Shown one piece after another: positions 31,332 to 45,943 of a DNA stretch of 64,000 nt. The first letter of the stretch is position 1. Every line of letters begins with the position of its first letter. Made by a program: the position numbers and the translations under genes. Origin of the DNA: the human T2T-CHM13v2.0 reference genome, Homo sapiens; NCBI RefSeq assembly GCF_009914755.1, contig NC_060925.1. One strand, given 5' to 3'. Below the pieces are notes generated by a model. That model had not been told where the DNA came from. It saw nothing but the letters and a program-made list of their open reading frames with translations, and ran no database searches.

Positions 31332-34300
31332 TTTAGGTAGTGTCTCACTCGTTTGCCTAGGCTGGAGTGCAGTGTCATTGGCTCACTAAAGCTTTGACCT
31401 CCTGGACTCAAGTGATCCTCTCTCTTCAGCCTCCCAAGTAGCTGGGACTATAGCTGTGCACCATCACACCTGGCTAATGTTAAAATTTTTTTTGTAGAGA
31501 TGGAGTCTTGCTGTATTGCCCAGGCTGGTCTACAACTTGTGGGTTCAAGCAATCCTCCTACCTCAGCCTCCCAAAGTGCTAGAATTACAGGTGTGAGCCA
31601 CTGTTCCTGGCCTTATTGTGGCTTTAATTTACATTCCCCCAATAGGTAATGATGTTAAGCATCTTTTATTTGCCCTATAGGTATCTTTTTTGATGATATA
31701 TTCAAATTTTTGCCGAATTTTTAGCTGGATTGTTTCTTTTCTTATTGTTGAGTTTTGAAAATTCTTTAAATGTTTTGTTTGAATTGTGATTTGCAAATAT
31801 TTTCTCCCAGTCTGTAGTTTGTCATTTCATTCTCAGAGCAAAAGTTCTAAATTTTGATAAACTCTAATCTTTCAGTTTTTCTTTTATGGATTATCCTTTA
31901 GTTTTCATGTCTAGGAGGTCTTCACATAATTCAGGTCGTGAAGATTTTCTCCTATGTCTTCTTCTAAAAGTTATACATTTTAAATTTAAATCTATGATTC
32001 ACTTTTAGTTACATTTTATATAAGGTTTGAGGTATAGGACAAGATTTGTTTTGGGTTTTTTTTGCATATAAGTGACTAATTGGTTTAAAACCATTTGTTG
32101 GAAATACTATTTTTACTTTATTAAGTTGCTTTTGCACTTTTGTCACATATTAGATGGGTAAATTTGTATGGGCCTGTTTTTGGTCTTTATTATGTTCCAT
32201 TGATCTATTTGTCTAATCCTTTACCAATACCATGTGTTTTGAATACTGTAACTTTATAGTAAGTATTGATATCATGTAGTTAGATTTCTTCAACTTTATT
32301 CTTTTCCCAAGTTGCTTTGCCCATTCTGGGTCCTTTTCATTTCTGTGTGTGTTTTAGAATCTGCCTACCAATTTCTGCAAAAAAGGCATGCTGGAATTTG
32401 GTTGGTACTTGATTAAATCTATATCTCAATTTAGGGAAAGCCAATATCTTTAGTATGCTGAGTCTTCTATGCCATGGATATTTTGTCTCTCCATTTATTT
32501 ATGTCCTCTTTGATTTCTTTCATCAGCATACAGTTTTCAGCATATATACTCTGTATATGTTTTGTAAGGCTTATTCCTAAGTATTTCATTTTGTTTGAGC
32601 TATTGTAAATGGTATGGTTTAATTTCAGTTTCCAATTGTATGTTGTTACTATATAGAAATACAATAGACATTTTTGTATTGACATTGTATCCTATAACCT
32701 TGCTGAACTCACTTTTCTCTAGGAGGTTTTTGGTAGAGCCCTGAGATTTTCTATGCAGGTGATCATGTCATCTGTGCATAGAAACGGCTTTATTGTCTTC
32801 CTTTAAAATCGATCTGCCTTTTATTCCTTTTACTTGCATTATTGCACTGGATAAGACTTCCAGTATGATGTTGAATGAGAGTATTGAGAATGGATCTCCT
32901 AGATGGACATCCTAGTTTACTTTTCAACCTAGAGAGAAAGCCTTTTGGTGGCAAGGGCTGGGGTGGAGCAGGGAGGGAGGAGAATCTTTTACCCTTAAGT
33001 ATGAAGTTAGCTGAAGAGTTTTTTGGGATTTTTTGGTAGATGTTCCTCATCATGTTAAGGAAGTTCCCTTCTCTTGTTACTTTACTGAGGGTGTCTATTA
33101 TAAATAGATGTTGTACATTGTCAAGTGCTTTCCCGCATCTATGGATAAGATCACATGGTTTTTCTTCTTTAGATGGTTAACATGGTAATTATAATGACAT
33201 ATTTATGAATATTGAATCAGCTTTGCATTCCTGGAATAAACCCTACTTAATTGTGGTGATTTTTAAAAAAAGATATTTCTCTATTCCATTTGCTAATATT
33301 TTGTTGAGTGTTTTTTCATCTCTGTTCATGAGGAATATTGGTCTATAGTTTTTTTTTTCATGTACTGTCTTTTTGTGGTTTGGTATTAGTATAATATTGG
33401 CCTTGTAAAATTAGTTGGAAAGTATTCCTCTTCTATTTTCTTCAAAAGAGAGTAGAATTGGTGTTATTTTTTCTTTAGTATGTTGTAAAATTTTCCAGTA
33501 AATTACATATGGATCTGGAGTTTCTGTTCTGAAAGACTTTTAACTACAAATTCAATTTCTTTGATAGTTGCAGGATTTTTTGGGTTATCTACTGTTATCT
33601 ACTTCATCTTGAGTGAGTTTTAGTAGTTTGTGGTTTGTAAAGAATTGGCTCATTTAATCTACATTGTCAGATTATCATGCATATAGTATTCTGTATTTCG
33701 TTATTTCCTTTTAATGCCTGTGAGGTCTGCAGTGATATCCCCTATTTCATTCCTGATATTGGTAATTTGTGTCTTCTCTCTCTCTCTCTTTTTTGTCAGT
33801 CTTCCTAGATGCTTATCCATTTTAGTGATTTTTTTCTAACAGTATGCTTTTAGTTTGATTGATTTTTCTCTATTATATTTCTGTTTTCAGTTTCATTGAT
33901 TTATTCCCTTACCTTTGTTATTTACTTTCTTCTGCTTGATTTGTGTTCATTTTTTTTTTGCTAGTTTCCTCAAGTGGAAGCTTAGATGATTTATTTGATA
34001 TTTTTTTCTCTTTCTAATACCATATAGGCATTGTAGTGCTATACATTTCCCTCTAAACACGGCTTTAGGTTAGTCCCATAGATTTTCATGTGTTGTGTTT
34101 GCCTTTTCATGCAGTCCCATTGAGACTTCCTTTTTGATCTATGGATTATTTTTAAGGGTTTTACCTTTCCACATGTTTGAAGATTTTCCTGCTACCTTTC
34201 TTTTATTGATTTCTAGTATAATTTCATCATGGTCAAAAAATAGACTTTGTATAATTTCAATTCTTTTAAACATGTTAATGTTTATTATATGATCCTAGAT

Positions 34301-35860
34301 ATGGTTTCTCTTGGTGAATTGTTCATGTTCACTTAAAAAAATGTATATTCTACTGGTTTTTATTAATAATTTTATCCAGTTAGTTGATGGTGTCAATCAG
34401 CTCTTCATTATCCTTGCTGTTTTTGAAGTTGCAACTATGATTACTAATTTGCTTATTTCTTCTTTGATTTCTGTCTGTTTTTGCTTCATTATTTTGGAGC
34501 TCTGTTGTTAGGTATATACACATTTAGAATTGTTATGTCTTTTTGGTGAATTGACACTTTTAGAAATATGTAATGTCTCTCTTTACTTTTCAGATTTTTT
34601 TTTAAACCTGACATCCACTTTGATATTAATATAACCACTGATTCTTACTCTTTTACCATTTTTTTTCTAGAGTGTTTTTATTGCTCTTTCAAGCACTTTT
34701 ATAATTGCTTTCAGCTCTTTGTTAGATGATCTAATATCTGCATCATCTCCTTGGTGTCTATTGTCTTTTTCTATATGAGTTAAAAATTTTATGGTTTGTC
34801 ATATACTGAGTAATTTTGGATTGTATTTGTAGTATTTTGAATATTAAGTTATGAGACACTGAGCTTTGTTTGAATTGTATTAATGTTGTTAATATTTTTG
34901 TTTTAGTGGGTAAATTGGTTATTAGATTTAGACCCGAAGTTTCGATCTGCCTTCTGTAGATTGTGGTTACAATGTCAGTTCCACTTTTAGTCTTGCAATG
35001 CTACTCAGATCTGTCCCATGTGTGTAGTACCAAGTGGTCATTCTGGGACCTGGGTAAAGGTCTACTGGTTAGCTCAGTTTTCAAAGTCTTCAATATATTT
35101 TCTTAGGATTAAATCCAAGCATGTGTGGGTTAAAGCTTAAAAGTTTATCAGATCACTGTCCTGAGTTCCTCACTCTCTGTGATCTACTCAGTACAACCCA
35201 GTTCTCTAGGGTGTCCATTTTGGTCTCCTATTCAGAAACCATTCACTTCTACAGTCACAGTGTGTCTGAGGCAAAGTGATAGAAGGACATCACCACTGCC
35301 CCACCCACCCCCACCCCCTGCAAAAATAAATAAATAAATAAATAAAGCAATGAAATTTGTCCTTATCTTCATGGAACTTCTGCTCCACTAAATAAAGAAG
35401 AAAGTTATCCTCCCTTCAAGTTTTGGCTCCTGAAGGCTAACCATTGCTTCTATGACTGGGGGCCAGGGCCACCACCATAGGATTGCCTGGTGGGTGTGCA
35501 AGAGAATGAAGCAAAAGGAAAGAGAAATATAAGAATTTACCCCACTCTCTCTGAGCTTTAGAACTTCCCTGACTCCTTGGGTGAAGACTAGAGGGTTTCT
35601 CCTGAAGCTCTTCCTACCCAGCACAGTGCTCATTTCAGATTTTCCAGCTGAGTTAGGCCAGGTGGACACAGAGGACAAAAATTGATGAACTTATTGCTAG
35701 TTTGATAGTACTTTCGTTTTTGGCACCCATCCCTGGTCCACCTACTGCTGTTTATTTTACAGAGTCCTCTAGTGGGCCAGACATTCTGTCCAGGTTTTAG
35801 AGTTGCATTCAATTGAAGGAAAAGCATGGTGTGTATTTGCTTTATCTTACCTGGGACCAG
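31091..35860 (-). mobile_element. Old L1 (L1MC/MD-like) body, highly degenerate
   Basis: ORF2-like fragments on minus strand ('KMKYLGISLTKH..LMKEIKEDINKWR', 'SIQKCLLYFY'); T-rich plus strand. Confidence 0.8.
31303..31612 (-). mobile_element. AluJ (Jo-like)
   Basis: Dimeric Alu with J diagnostics ('ctcaagtgatcctc', 'gcaatcctcc'); imperfect TSD tcattatggcttt/ttattgtggcttt. Confidence 0.93.
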
Positions 35861-35869
35861 TTTTCTTAC

Positions 35870-37600
35870 TTTGTTTTAAAAAGTGATTTCTGATTACCAG
35901 TGAGACTGAGCATCTTTTGTTATTTAATATCACACGTTCTTTTCTGTAAATTATATTTTTGCCTATTTTATTATCATTATTATTTCCAGGAAAGTACTAA
36001 GAAGAAAGTGCCTATTTTAATGCTTGCATTGTTTGCTTTTTTTCTTATTAATCGTAGGAGGTTTTTAATCCTGAATATCAAGCCTTTGATTATTATCTAT
36101 GTGACAAATAGTTTTTATCATTATTTGTTTCTTTGTTTTGGACTTAAATTATTATTTGTTAGTGTACTTTATTGTAATGAAGAATGTAAGTTTGATAAAT
36201 TAATCAAATTTGTCAAGTTTTTTGGCTTCTGCTTTTGTAACTTTATTAGAACAGACTTTTTAACTCCAAGTTCACAATCATATTCATCTATTATTTGTAA
36301 TACTCTTAAGTTTATTTTCTTACATTTAGAAATTTTCTTCATTAGAATTTATTTTTGTGAATAATGTATGGTAGGGAGGTAGCGTATTTTTTCCCCAAAA
36401 TATTTTATCATTTTTCTAACACCATTTATTGTACATTCTTTCATCTGCTGATTTTATCAAACACTAAATTCCCATATATATATAGTGCTTAGTTTTAGAG
36501 CTATATTTTATTTCATTGGTGTTTTCATCTATTCTTTCAAAAATATATTATTTTAATAAATACGGTTTTCTAACCTAATTTAATAACTAATGGGTCAAGG
36601 ACTTCTTTGACAATTTTTCTTTCTCAAAATTATCCTTACTATTGTTGGCATTTAATATTCTTTCATACGAATTTTAAAGTCAATTTGTCAAGCTGCATAA
36701 ACAAATCTTTGGGAATTTGACTAGAACTGTATTAAATTTACAAATTAATTTGAATCTTCTCATCCATGAACACCTTTATTTATTCAAGTTTCTTTTTATG
36801 TTCTTCAGGAAAGAAAGCTTTATAGTCCTTTTTTTAATGAAGGTTTTGCATACACCTTATAAGGTATCTACCTAGATATCTTATAGTTTCATTGATATTT
36901 TGAAGGGTATTATTTCTGTCTTGTTTTATGTTTGGTTATTGTAAATATATGGGAATGCTGTTGATTTTTTTTCATGCTTATCTGGTATCCAGAATATTAC
37001 TAAATGTACTTAGGAGTTTCAGCAATTTTCAGTTAAATCTTTTAGATTGTTTTGATATTTGATTATATTTTCATAAGTAATGACTGTTTTTATTTCTTTT
37101 AGTATTCCCCTCCCTCCCTCAACCCCCTTTTCTTATTTTGTTGTATTGACTAGAATATCAGTATAGTGTTAAATGAAGTTAGGAGGGAAAAGGTCTTTGT
37201 TTTATTCTAATTTTATTGGAAGTTCTTCTAATGTTTTACCAGTAAGTATGATGCTTGCTATAGATTTCTAGTAGATAGCATTAATCAAGTTCAGTAAGGT
37301 CTTTTGTATTTATGTTAGCTAATAATTATTAAAATATCACAAATAGATATTAAATATAATAGAATGATTGTTCAGGATTTATTCAGATAGTTGCAATTTT
37401 TAAACCCATTAATTATTTTCTAGTCATGAACCATCCTTGCTTTCCTAGGATAAACCATACCGCGTCATGATGAATTTCTTTTATACAAAGCAAGATTCAA
37501 TTTGTTAGTCATTTATTTAGAAGTTTTGCTTTATATTCATAAATAAGACTGGTTTATAAATGTTTCTTATAAGGCTTTTATCTGGTATTGATGTGGGATT
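35870..37600 (-). mobile_element. Ancient L1ME-like ORF2 region
   Basis: Degenerate L1 ORF2 antisense motifs ('catccatgaac', 'taagtatgatgcttgctatagattt', 'tgaaccatccttgctttcctaggataaacc'). Confidence 0.7.
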
Positions 37601-37699
37601 TTCCCTCACTACAGGGCATAAATATTTTCAGTTTTATATTTATCCATCTAAAAATATTTTAAGTATATACAAGCAAACCCATATATAGATATTTTTAAA

Positions 37700-38196
37700 T
37701 ATACTTTATATTTTAGAGCAGTTTTATACTCACAGAAAAACTGAGCAAAAGGCACAGATTTCCAATATTCCCCCTATTCTCACATATACATGGTCTTCTC
37801 CATTATCAACATCCCCCACCAGAGAGGTACATTTGTTATAATCAATGAACCTACATTGATACATCATCATCACCCAAAGTCCATAGTTTACATTAGGGTT
37901 CCATCTTGATATTGCACTTTCTATGGGTTTGGAAAAATGTATCATGACACATATCCACGAGTACAGTATCATACAGGGTAGTTTCACTGCCCTAAAAATC
38001 CTCTGTGTTTTGTCTATTCATCCCTCCCACCCCCCATACCCTGGCAACTACTAATCTTTTTACTGTCTCCATAGTTTGCCTTTTCCAGAATCTCATATAG
38101 TTGGAATTATAAAGAATGTAGCCTTTTTAGTTTGGCTCCTTTCATTTTAGTAATATGCATTGAAGTTTCCTCCATGTCTTTTCATGACTTGACAGC
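37700..38196 (-). mobile_element. L1MC1/L1MC2 3' end
   Basis: 'ttttagagcagtttta..cattatcaacatcccccaccagagaggtacatttgttataatcaatgaacctacattgatacatcatcatcacccaaagtccatagtttacattagggttc'. Confidence 0.88.
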
Positions 38197-40352
38197 AAAT
38201 GTCCTAGGAGTGGAATTGCTCAGTCAAAGGGCATATACACTTGGGATTTGGATAGATTTTGCTAAATTGCTCTCATAGAAGTTGTACAAATGTACACTCC
38301 CACAGGAGTTTTTAAGATCTTTTTACTCATACCCTTTCCAACTCAGAGTTATCAAACCTTTTGATTTTTGGCAATCTGATCAGTACAGAAAGGAGGTACT
38401 TCAGTGTAATTTTAATTTGCATTCCTTTTATTGAAGGGCATTGTTACTAGCTAAAATTAGACATTTTGCAGAATCCCTTTTAGACAGAGGGTGACAATGT
38501 GGTATTTTTCTGCCAACGAAGGTAAGAAAAAGTGATTGGGTATAGCTTCCAAGAAAGTAATTTAAGAGGAAGGGAGGTTGTAGACTCATCCTAGCAACTG
38601 CCTTTTTTGGCTTTCCTTTCTTCCCTCCTTCCTGTCTGGGATGTAGTAAACACAGTGCTGATGGTGATGAGCACAGACTGAAGATGACGGAGCAGAAAGA
38701 GGTGGGTTGCTGAGTGTGCCAAAAAGAACGTTTTTGGGTTTTTTTTGTTTTTGATCTTGTGTTTTTGCCATACCAATTCTATGCCCAGTGCTCTGAGAGC
38801 CAAGGTGTATTTTGGGCAAGTAGAAGGTGACAAGGTAAACAAAAGCCATTACGGGTGAGAAATTCATTGGCAAGTATTTCATAAAATCATCCTGCCCCAC
38901 AGGGATAACAACACTAGTTACCTGTTAGGGCTGTTGCAAGAATTAAACAAGAATGCGTATGTAAAGGTGTCCGAGCCAAACAGAGGATCCTTAAAATTTA
39001 GCCACTATTACCATCATTAGCTGTTGTCTCTGGGGTTGTAATCCCCCTACCCCATGTCACCTACTTGTCCTGGGTAGGGTCTGTACCTCTCCTGGATTAT
39101 ATATGAATAGTGATGATGAAGTGTTAGAGACAGAGGGAGGTGCAGGGAGTCTCAGGTTCATGGCAATAGCTCCGTTTTCTTAAAGGCTTTGATGCAAAGC
39201 CTCTGATACAATTTGTTAGTCCACCCAACCCTGCAAATCGGAAATTGGGTTTGTATTTGATCAGTTTGGCTGGGCCACTGAAGCTTCATGTGTCAACAGC
39301 AGCACTGACTTATCATCATAAAGCTCTCAGATGCCTGACCCGCTGCTCCAGCTTCTGGTTCACACCTCCCATGATCTTGAACTGGAAAGAAATCAGGCCA
39401 CACTTCTAGGGGTTGTTTCTGGGTCTGAAATTGTCATAGACAACCTGGTCATTCTTTGGAAACAGTAGCCCTGGTAACTTGAGAGAGAGAGAGACAAATA
39501 TAGCAGCATTTGCAGCTGAAGTTTTTTAAAAATCACTTTGTTTTCATACATTTTCTGTTAGCGTGTAAAGCATAACATAAAATGTTGTGTATATTTTAAA
39601 GCAAACCTGAAGTTTTATAACTTGTGGTAAACATTAAGAAGGGGCAGTTCCCCCTGAAAGGGTTATGGACACCTTGGTTAGTTTGGAGAGGTCTATTTGG
39701 TTTTGATAAGCCAGGCTTTGGGGCTAGTGTAGTGTGTTGTAACAAAAAGGAATAATATTATCTAATTATCAAAGTGAGAGCAATTTGGAAATTTCTGCCT
39801 GGGGTTAGGAGTTGGACTTTGGAAGAAGAGACGGAAGAAATAGTCTAGAGACAGGAGTGTGGCCTGTAGAAGATGATAGAAAGTAGAGCCTGGAGGCCAG
39901 TGGCCAATGAGAAGTATCTTGTGGGGAGAAATGCCTGGTGAAATTTTCAGACAGGGATTCCTGGTGTTTAAATTTAAGTTGACTCCTGTTCTGTGCAGTA
40001 CCATCAGCCCCTTACTATTAGTCTAGGTCAGATACAGCTGTTGTCTTGGGGAATTAACTTAGAGAAATTGCACTCTACACTTGGGACCACCTGGAACAGA
40101 CAGAGACAAGAAAGAAACACTGTGGGAGGCAAGATGCAGAGAATGACCAGTAATTAATTGACCCATGCAGGGCAGGATGAAGGAACAAGAGGGAGGAAAC
40201 GGAACACCCCCTACCCCATTGCCTCCCTGAGCTCTCCTGAGGTCATCATGGGGGCTGGGGAAGGCATTGAATCCCCCTCAGCACATGGGATAGACTCTGG
40301 AGTTAGTTCACCTGGTTATAAAAAGTGACTCCAGAATAATGTGTTTGCATCC

Positions 40353-40392
40353 TATTATATATATATGTGTGTATGCATATATATATATATAT
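40353..40392. repeat. (TA)n/(TG)n compound microsatellite at Alu tail
   Basis: tattatatatatatgtgtgtatgcatatatatatatatat. Confidence 0.85.
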
Positions 40393-40703
40393 TTTTGTTT
40401 GTTTGTTTTTAGACAGAATCTTGCTCTGTTGCCCAGGCTGGAGTGCAGTAGCATGATCTGAGCTCATTGCAACCTCCACCTCCCAGGTTCAAGTGATTCT
40501 TCTGCCTCTGCCTCCCGAGTAGCTGGGATTACAGGCATTCATCACTACCGCCCGTAATACACACCAGCTAATTTTTGTATTTTTAGTAGAGACAAAGGTT
40601 CGCCACGTTGGCCAGGATGGTCTCGAACTCCTGACCTCAGGTGATCTACCTGCCTCTGCCTCCCATAGTGCTGTGATTACAGGTATGAGCCACCACACCC
40701 GAC
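40391..40703 (-). mobile_element. AluSx-like
   Basis: Dimeric Alu, 'ctcctgacctcaggtgat'; small insertion near 40548-40560. Confidence 0.94.
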
Positions 40704-41173
40704 TAGCATCCATAATATTTTTGAATCATGATTTGAAGGAGGTTGACTTTACTTACTTATGGGGTCCTTGCAGTGTGACAAGTGAAGATGTATCATGGTT
40801 AGATAGCCAAATATCAATAGTGGCTCACACCAACAGGGAATGGCTAGAATTTGTTTTTCACTCCTATAAATAAGGTTTTTGGGAGAAAATAAATTAATCC
40901 TTAGATTACTATTATTCCAGAAATAATATGAGTGAATTAGGCTACTTGTTTTCAGCAGAAGGGACCCTTAGACAGAAAGTGTTGAGACCTGGGTACCGAT
41001 TCTTGTTCTACCAACAACTGATGACCTTAGACAAGTCCCCATAACCTGGCTTAGCTGTGTCCTCTGTAAAATGACAGCAGTTATTCTAAATAATCCTGAG
41101 GTTCCTTTCAGCTCTCACTTTCTAGGATTTAAAAAAATTATAACAGAAACCCAAGTGTGGGTAATCTATTAAT

Positions 41174-41771
41174 CCAAAGGCTCCCAAACGTTTTCTGTTC
41201 ACAGCGTCCCTAGTGCCTTAGGGACTTTTGTTTCATAGCACTCCTCAGTCAAAAGAAATATCCCAAAGTACCATTTGTTAAGTGGTTAGGTCCTATGTCC
41301 CAAGAATTTAGTAGCCATTTGAAGAAACAATACATGTCAACAGAAGGAAAAAGTAATCATTTTATTTCATCCCTTTATAAGCACATTTATTTACTCGTGG
41401 ATGGGTGTACCTGTTGAGCACTGCACAACTTCTTCAACCTTGGAGTCAACCTGGACCCCACTACTCTCATTCCCTGCTCCACACTGACATTCACTGAATA
41501 CTTGCTTGTTATCATGGCAACCACCAACAACTTAGCTTTGAAAAAGATATGATGTCATTGAAAAGAATGTAGTGCCATTTATTATTTTTTTTCTATATGA
41601 CAAGTCATCAAGCAAAGCACCATGTATTTTGAAACCATGAACTACCTCAAATAGTTTGTGTTGTGTCTGACAGGTGTTGTGGTGCTTCCCTAAAAAGTTA
41701 AAACTATCCCACAGCAGCCTGTGAGTCTGCTGCATTGCCCTTGAGTGCCTGGGTACAGTTTGGGAACTATG
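41174..41771. mobile_element. MER119-like hAT-Charlie element
   Basis: Termini 'ccaaaggctcccaaac..' / '..gtttgggaactatgg'; internal 'caaaagaaata..ccatttgttaagtggttaggtcc'. Confidence 0.75.
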
Positions 41772-42099
41772 GCTTTAAGCAAAGTATGGGGTGTCCTTCC
41801 CATTTTTTAATAGAGCCGTGTGCATCTCCCTGTTGCAGACATTTTCAGACTCTCTAGACCAACCACAGAATCAGACAGTTTGCATCATCTTGGTGCAATG
41901 TCTGCTGACTCCTGGCCTCCTAATGAGTAATATAATCATCCAGGTGATGACCTACCTGTGCCCCAGTGTCAAGTTTCCTGGTGACATTCCAGAGATCAGA
42001 GAGTTTCATCCTAACTCCACTGCACCCACAACTCTCAGGCCACCCACTGGGCTTTGTAAGCCCTTGGAGCTCACCACCACCCTCATCTGAAATCCTAGG

Positions 42100-43310
42100 G
42101 TCTGAATCTGCAGTCACCCCCTCCTACCTACCAGCAGGCCAGTCCCCTGCTCCCATCCTACTTGCTGTTTGACCTCATGGGGATGGGCCATCTCCTGACT
42201 AGTTTTCTTGTTAATGTCCTCAGGGGGCTTCACTTCTCTTGCCAGCCATATGAGATATCACTGTAGCCTTCTTCTCCTGGGCATCCTCAGTGTCTTCCCA
42301 TCTTCACATTCTGTCCCCACCATGACAATCCTACACAACTTCATCCTTGGATCAGTTTAACCACTTGTCTCATGCCAACATTCCACAGTTTCTTCACTCT
42401 GCTCTCTCATCCCAGCCTCTCTTGCTCAGCAGATAAACTGCCTTTTAGCTCATAGAGGAAATTCACACTCTTAGGAACAAGCACTAGGACACGGTCTCCA
42501 CCTACAAACGCTCCCTTTTGTACCAACCCTCTCACTTGCCTCACCTCCGCAGAACTCCAGGCTCAGAGGAAGAGGCGGCATCCTCCTGCTGAGGGCTCAC
42601 CATTGCCCTGGGCTCTTGCTCCCATCCCTTTCCATGATCCCCAGACCAGCATCTGGCTCTGCTGGATGGTTCTTCTCCCTCCCATATTTCCAACTTCTCC
42701 TTTTTTACTGGTTTCTCCTATACAGCCTATGAGTACGTTCAAGTCTCCACTTAAAAAAAAAAAAAAAAGTCTCCAACAATGTCTCTCCAGTAACTAATGC
42801 CTGATCATCTTCCTCCCATTGGCGGACAATTCCCTGAAGAGTCCACACTCACCTCTTCTGCTTCTCAACAGCCTCTGGGCCCCTGACTCTCCTCTCCAGC
42901 CTCAGTCTCTCCTCCACTCCGCCCCCACCTAGCCCTCTGGCCACAGGAGCCACAAGCCATTCTCAGAAGCGGCTGTGCAGTCCCCGCTTTGATGCTATTG
43001 TTCCCTGCTCTCCCTTTCTCCCTTGCCTACCTGGCAAGCGGCACTTATTTCAAAAGGTCCTCTGGGAAGCCTTTGCTAACCCTCCCTCCCCCGCCCACCA
43101 GGTAGAAATGGCCACTCCTCCTTTGTGTTCTCAGCTGTCCTTTGAGTCACAGTGTCTGTGACGGTTTACTTTCCACGTTGTTGTGCTTTTCTCCAACAAA
43201 AATCGTAAGCTCCTCGAGAGCTAGGACTGTGTCTCAATTATACCTGCCTTCCTAGTACCGAGCACATCTGACTCGTCTCAGTGACTTGAGTTCAGTGAGG
43301 GAGCAAATGA
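42100..43310 (+). mobile_element. L2 LINE fragments
   Basis: Pyrimidine-rich L2 body; 3' end 'gtaagctcctcgagagctaggactgtgtc..ctagtaccgagcaca..gcaaatgaa'. Confidence 0.65.
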
Positions 43311-43439
43311 AGCTTGTACAAGCATAGAGAACTCTTGCTGTTCATGGTGGCGGTGAGGATGGGAGGATCTGCCTTGTGATGGTCCTTGTAACAGACATTT
43401 GATCCCGAGCAATATCTTCTAGACCTCTCGGCATTCATG

Positions 43440-43620
43440 GACACTTTATCGGTGCTATCTCATTCTTCCTCACAGCAACTGAGAGTAGGTATTATGACCC
43501 CTGTTTTACACATGAGGAAACTGAGGCTCAAAGAGAAGAAGTGAGTTTGGCCTTGTCATACGGCTGATTGCAGTGGATGCAGGAGCCCAGCCCAGGTTTG
43601 GTCCCTTTCTATACATCCAG
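43440..43620 (-). mobile_element. MIR
   Basis: 'gtaggtattatgacccctgttttacacatgaggaaactgaggctcaaagag'. Confidence 0.85.
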
Positions 43621-44422
43621 GCGCTCCCTATGTTGCCCAACCAGAGGGTGCTTACTGACTGTCACCTCCATTAATTGTCACCCTTTAGAAACAGGTTTAA
43701 GATGCTGAGTTAGAAGCAAAAGCATTAAGTAATGCATTCACACCTCAATAGACTCATACACACTTATGTGTTATCAATGATGATTGGGGCCCTGAATTTG
43801 TGCAACAAATATCACCTGTCCAGTGGCTTTATTTCTAATTTAGTAACTACCATGCCTTTAACTAAATAGTCAGCCTTAGTGAGATATTAGCCTTCAGCAA
43901 AAGTATCAGCAGTGATCCCCTGCAAAGCCTTTTAACATTGCTCATGGAGGCACAAGCTCCCTCCCTCATTTTTCCTGACACACTCAGGGAAAGAAATCTC
44001 TAAGTTTACACCATCTGCTAGCCTCTCACCTTTCAGCATTTGCATCTATGTCCGCATCCGGGCCCCCTCTGCCAAGAGTTTTTCTTTTACCAGCTACAGA
44101 TGAACGGAAACCTGGGGAGTGGGGAACTGTTTGGAATTGGGATCTGTCCCTTCAAGGAAACTTGGACAAGTCTCCCTTGCCTCCTGAGCCCATCAGCTCA
44201 TCTCCCTCTCCCCACCCCATTCCATTTTTGTTTAGTTTGACCTTGGTCACTGATGACAAGGCTTCTTTTCCTGCCAAACCAATCAATAAGCTAAACAGAC
44301 AGAAGATGAGTATTTAGAATATGGGAAGCCAAACTCAAACACAGATAGGTTATCAGCCTAGCCCAGAGCAGACTTCTGAGCAAATATTTCATTAACAAAT
44401 TTTTCATGGCAACTTGCATGTT

Positions 44423-44510
44423 AAAAAAAAAAAAAAAAAAGAGGGGAGAGGGGGAGAGAGAGAGAAAACGTGTTGGGGGTGGGGTGGAGGTGGGGAGAAA
44501 GGGAGAGGCT
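44423..44510 (+). repeat. A18 followed by polypurine/G-rich tract
   Basis: A18, GAGGGGAGAGGGGGAGAGAG.., GGGGGTGGGGTGGAGGTGGGG. Confidence 0.8.
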
Positions 44511-45697
44511 GGCTGAAGCCCAGAAGCTGAATCGCCCTCCTAGGGAGTGTTGTTTGGAAGTGTGAGGCAGAGTGTAGGGAGAAAAGTGGGATGCAGAGAG
44601 AAGACCCCCAGAATGGGGAGCCCTATTTACTTAAGACCTTTCAACTTCAAACCTACCTCTTATTGCAAGGCTGGCCATGTGATTCATCTTCGACCATCTC
44701 CACAGGGGTGGGGCAGGCTACATCTCCCCAATAAAAACGCCAGACAGGCAGTCAGCAACTGGCAGGTGGAGCCTGGGCTGGGCACCTGGTGGGGGAGATT
44801 GGGAGGAGAGAGGAGATGTGGTCCCTAGAAAGCCCCATGGAGAAGCTGGAGAGCCACGGTGAATACAAACATAAACAATGATAACAAAGACAACTGTGTA
44901 TCGGCCCCCACTGTTTTAGGCAGCCTTGAAGGCACTTCAAATATATTTCATCATTTAATCCTCACAACCAGGCCCAAGACTCTGTGGTCAACACTGGTGC
45001 ACGATGCCCATGGGTCTATTCTGATGGCTCAATATTTTGAATATCATGCCCTGTTCACAACAACCCTAAAAGAAAGGCACTTTGATTTTAATTTATAGAT
45101 GAGGCACTTGAGATTCAGAGAGGTTGAGACACTTATTCACATTTGGACAGCTGGTAAACTGAAGAGGCAGAACGAGGGCCTACCCAGCCTGACTCCAAAG
45201 GCAAGGAGTTTTCTGTTCCTTTCTATTGCTTCCCTAATAGCTTTCATTATACTTCCAAGAAAAGGTTGGAAAAACATGGAATTAGTAAGGTTCAACTCTT
45301 GTAAGCAAGTGCTGAGAGCAGGAAAGAAGGAAGAGACTGAGTTTTGAGCTCCTTGTGTGCCGAGCTCCTTCCCACGTGGCCTGAGCTCCTGCCTTCATTT
45401 GGATTCATGAGGGTACCATTCAGGCCTCAGTTCACAGTCACTTCTCAGAGATGCTTCCTGACTCACCCTGTACTATTTGTTCTTATTGCTTTCTATTTTG
45501 CCTTCAGCATACTTATGCTAATTAATTGCTTTTAATTTGTGCTATTTGTGTAAATTAGCACATATACTAATTAATAGTAATTTTATAATGTTAATTTATA
45601 AGTATCAAATACTAATTAATATCTTTTTGTGTAATTTATTGATGAATGTCTTTTCGATAGACTGGATTAATAATAATAATGATATTAACAATAATAC

Positions 45698-45943
45698 TAA
45701 TAGCTAGCCTCTATTCAGTGCATTCTACGTGCCTGGCACTGTGTTAAGGGCTTTACATATGTTAACTTTAATCCTTTCAGTGGTCCTGTGAGGTGGTGAC
45801 CATTAGTGTCCCCATTTTACAGATAAAGTAACTGAGGCACACGGAAGTAAAGGAACTTGCCTGTTGTTTCTTAGCTAATGAGTGAGTGACAGAGCAGGAT
45901 GTGAACCCAGGTGGTCTGTGGTCCCAGCATCCACATTGTTAAC
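45698..45943 (-). mobile_element. Near-full-length MIR
   Basis: 'taatagctagc..gtgcctggcactgtgttaag..cccattttacagat..actgaggcac..gatgtgaacccagg'. Confidence 0.9.
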
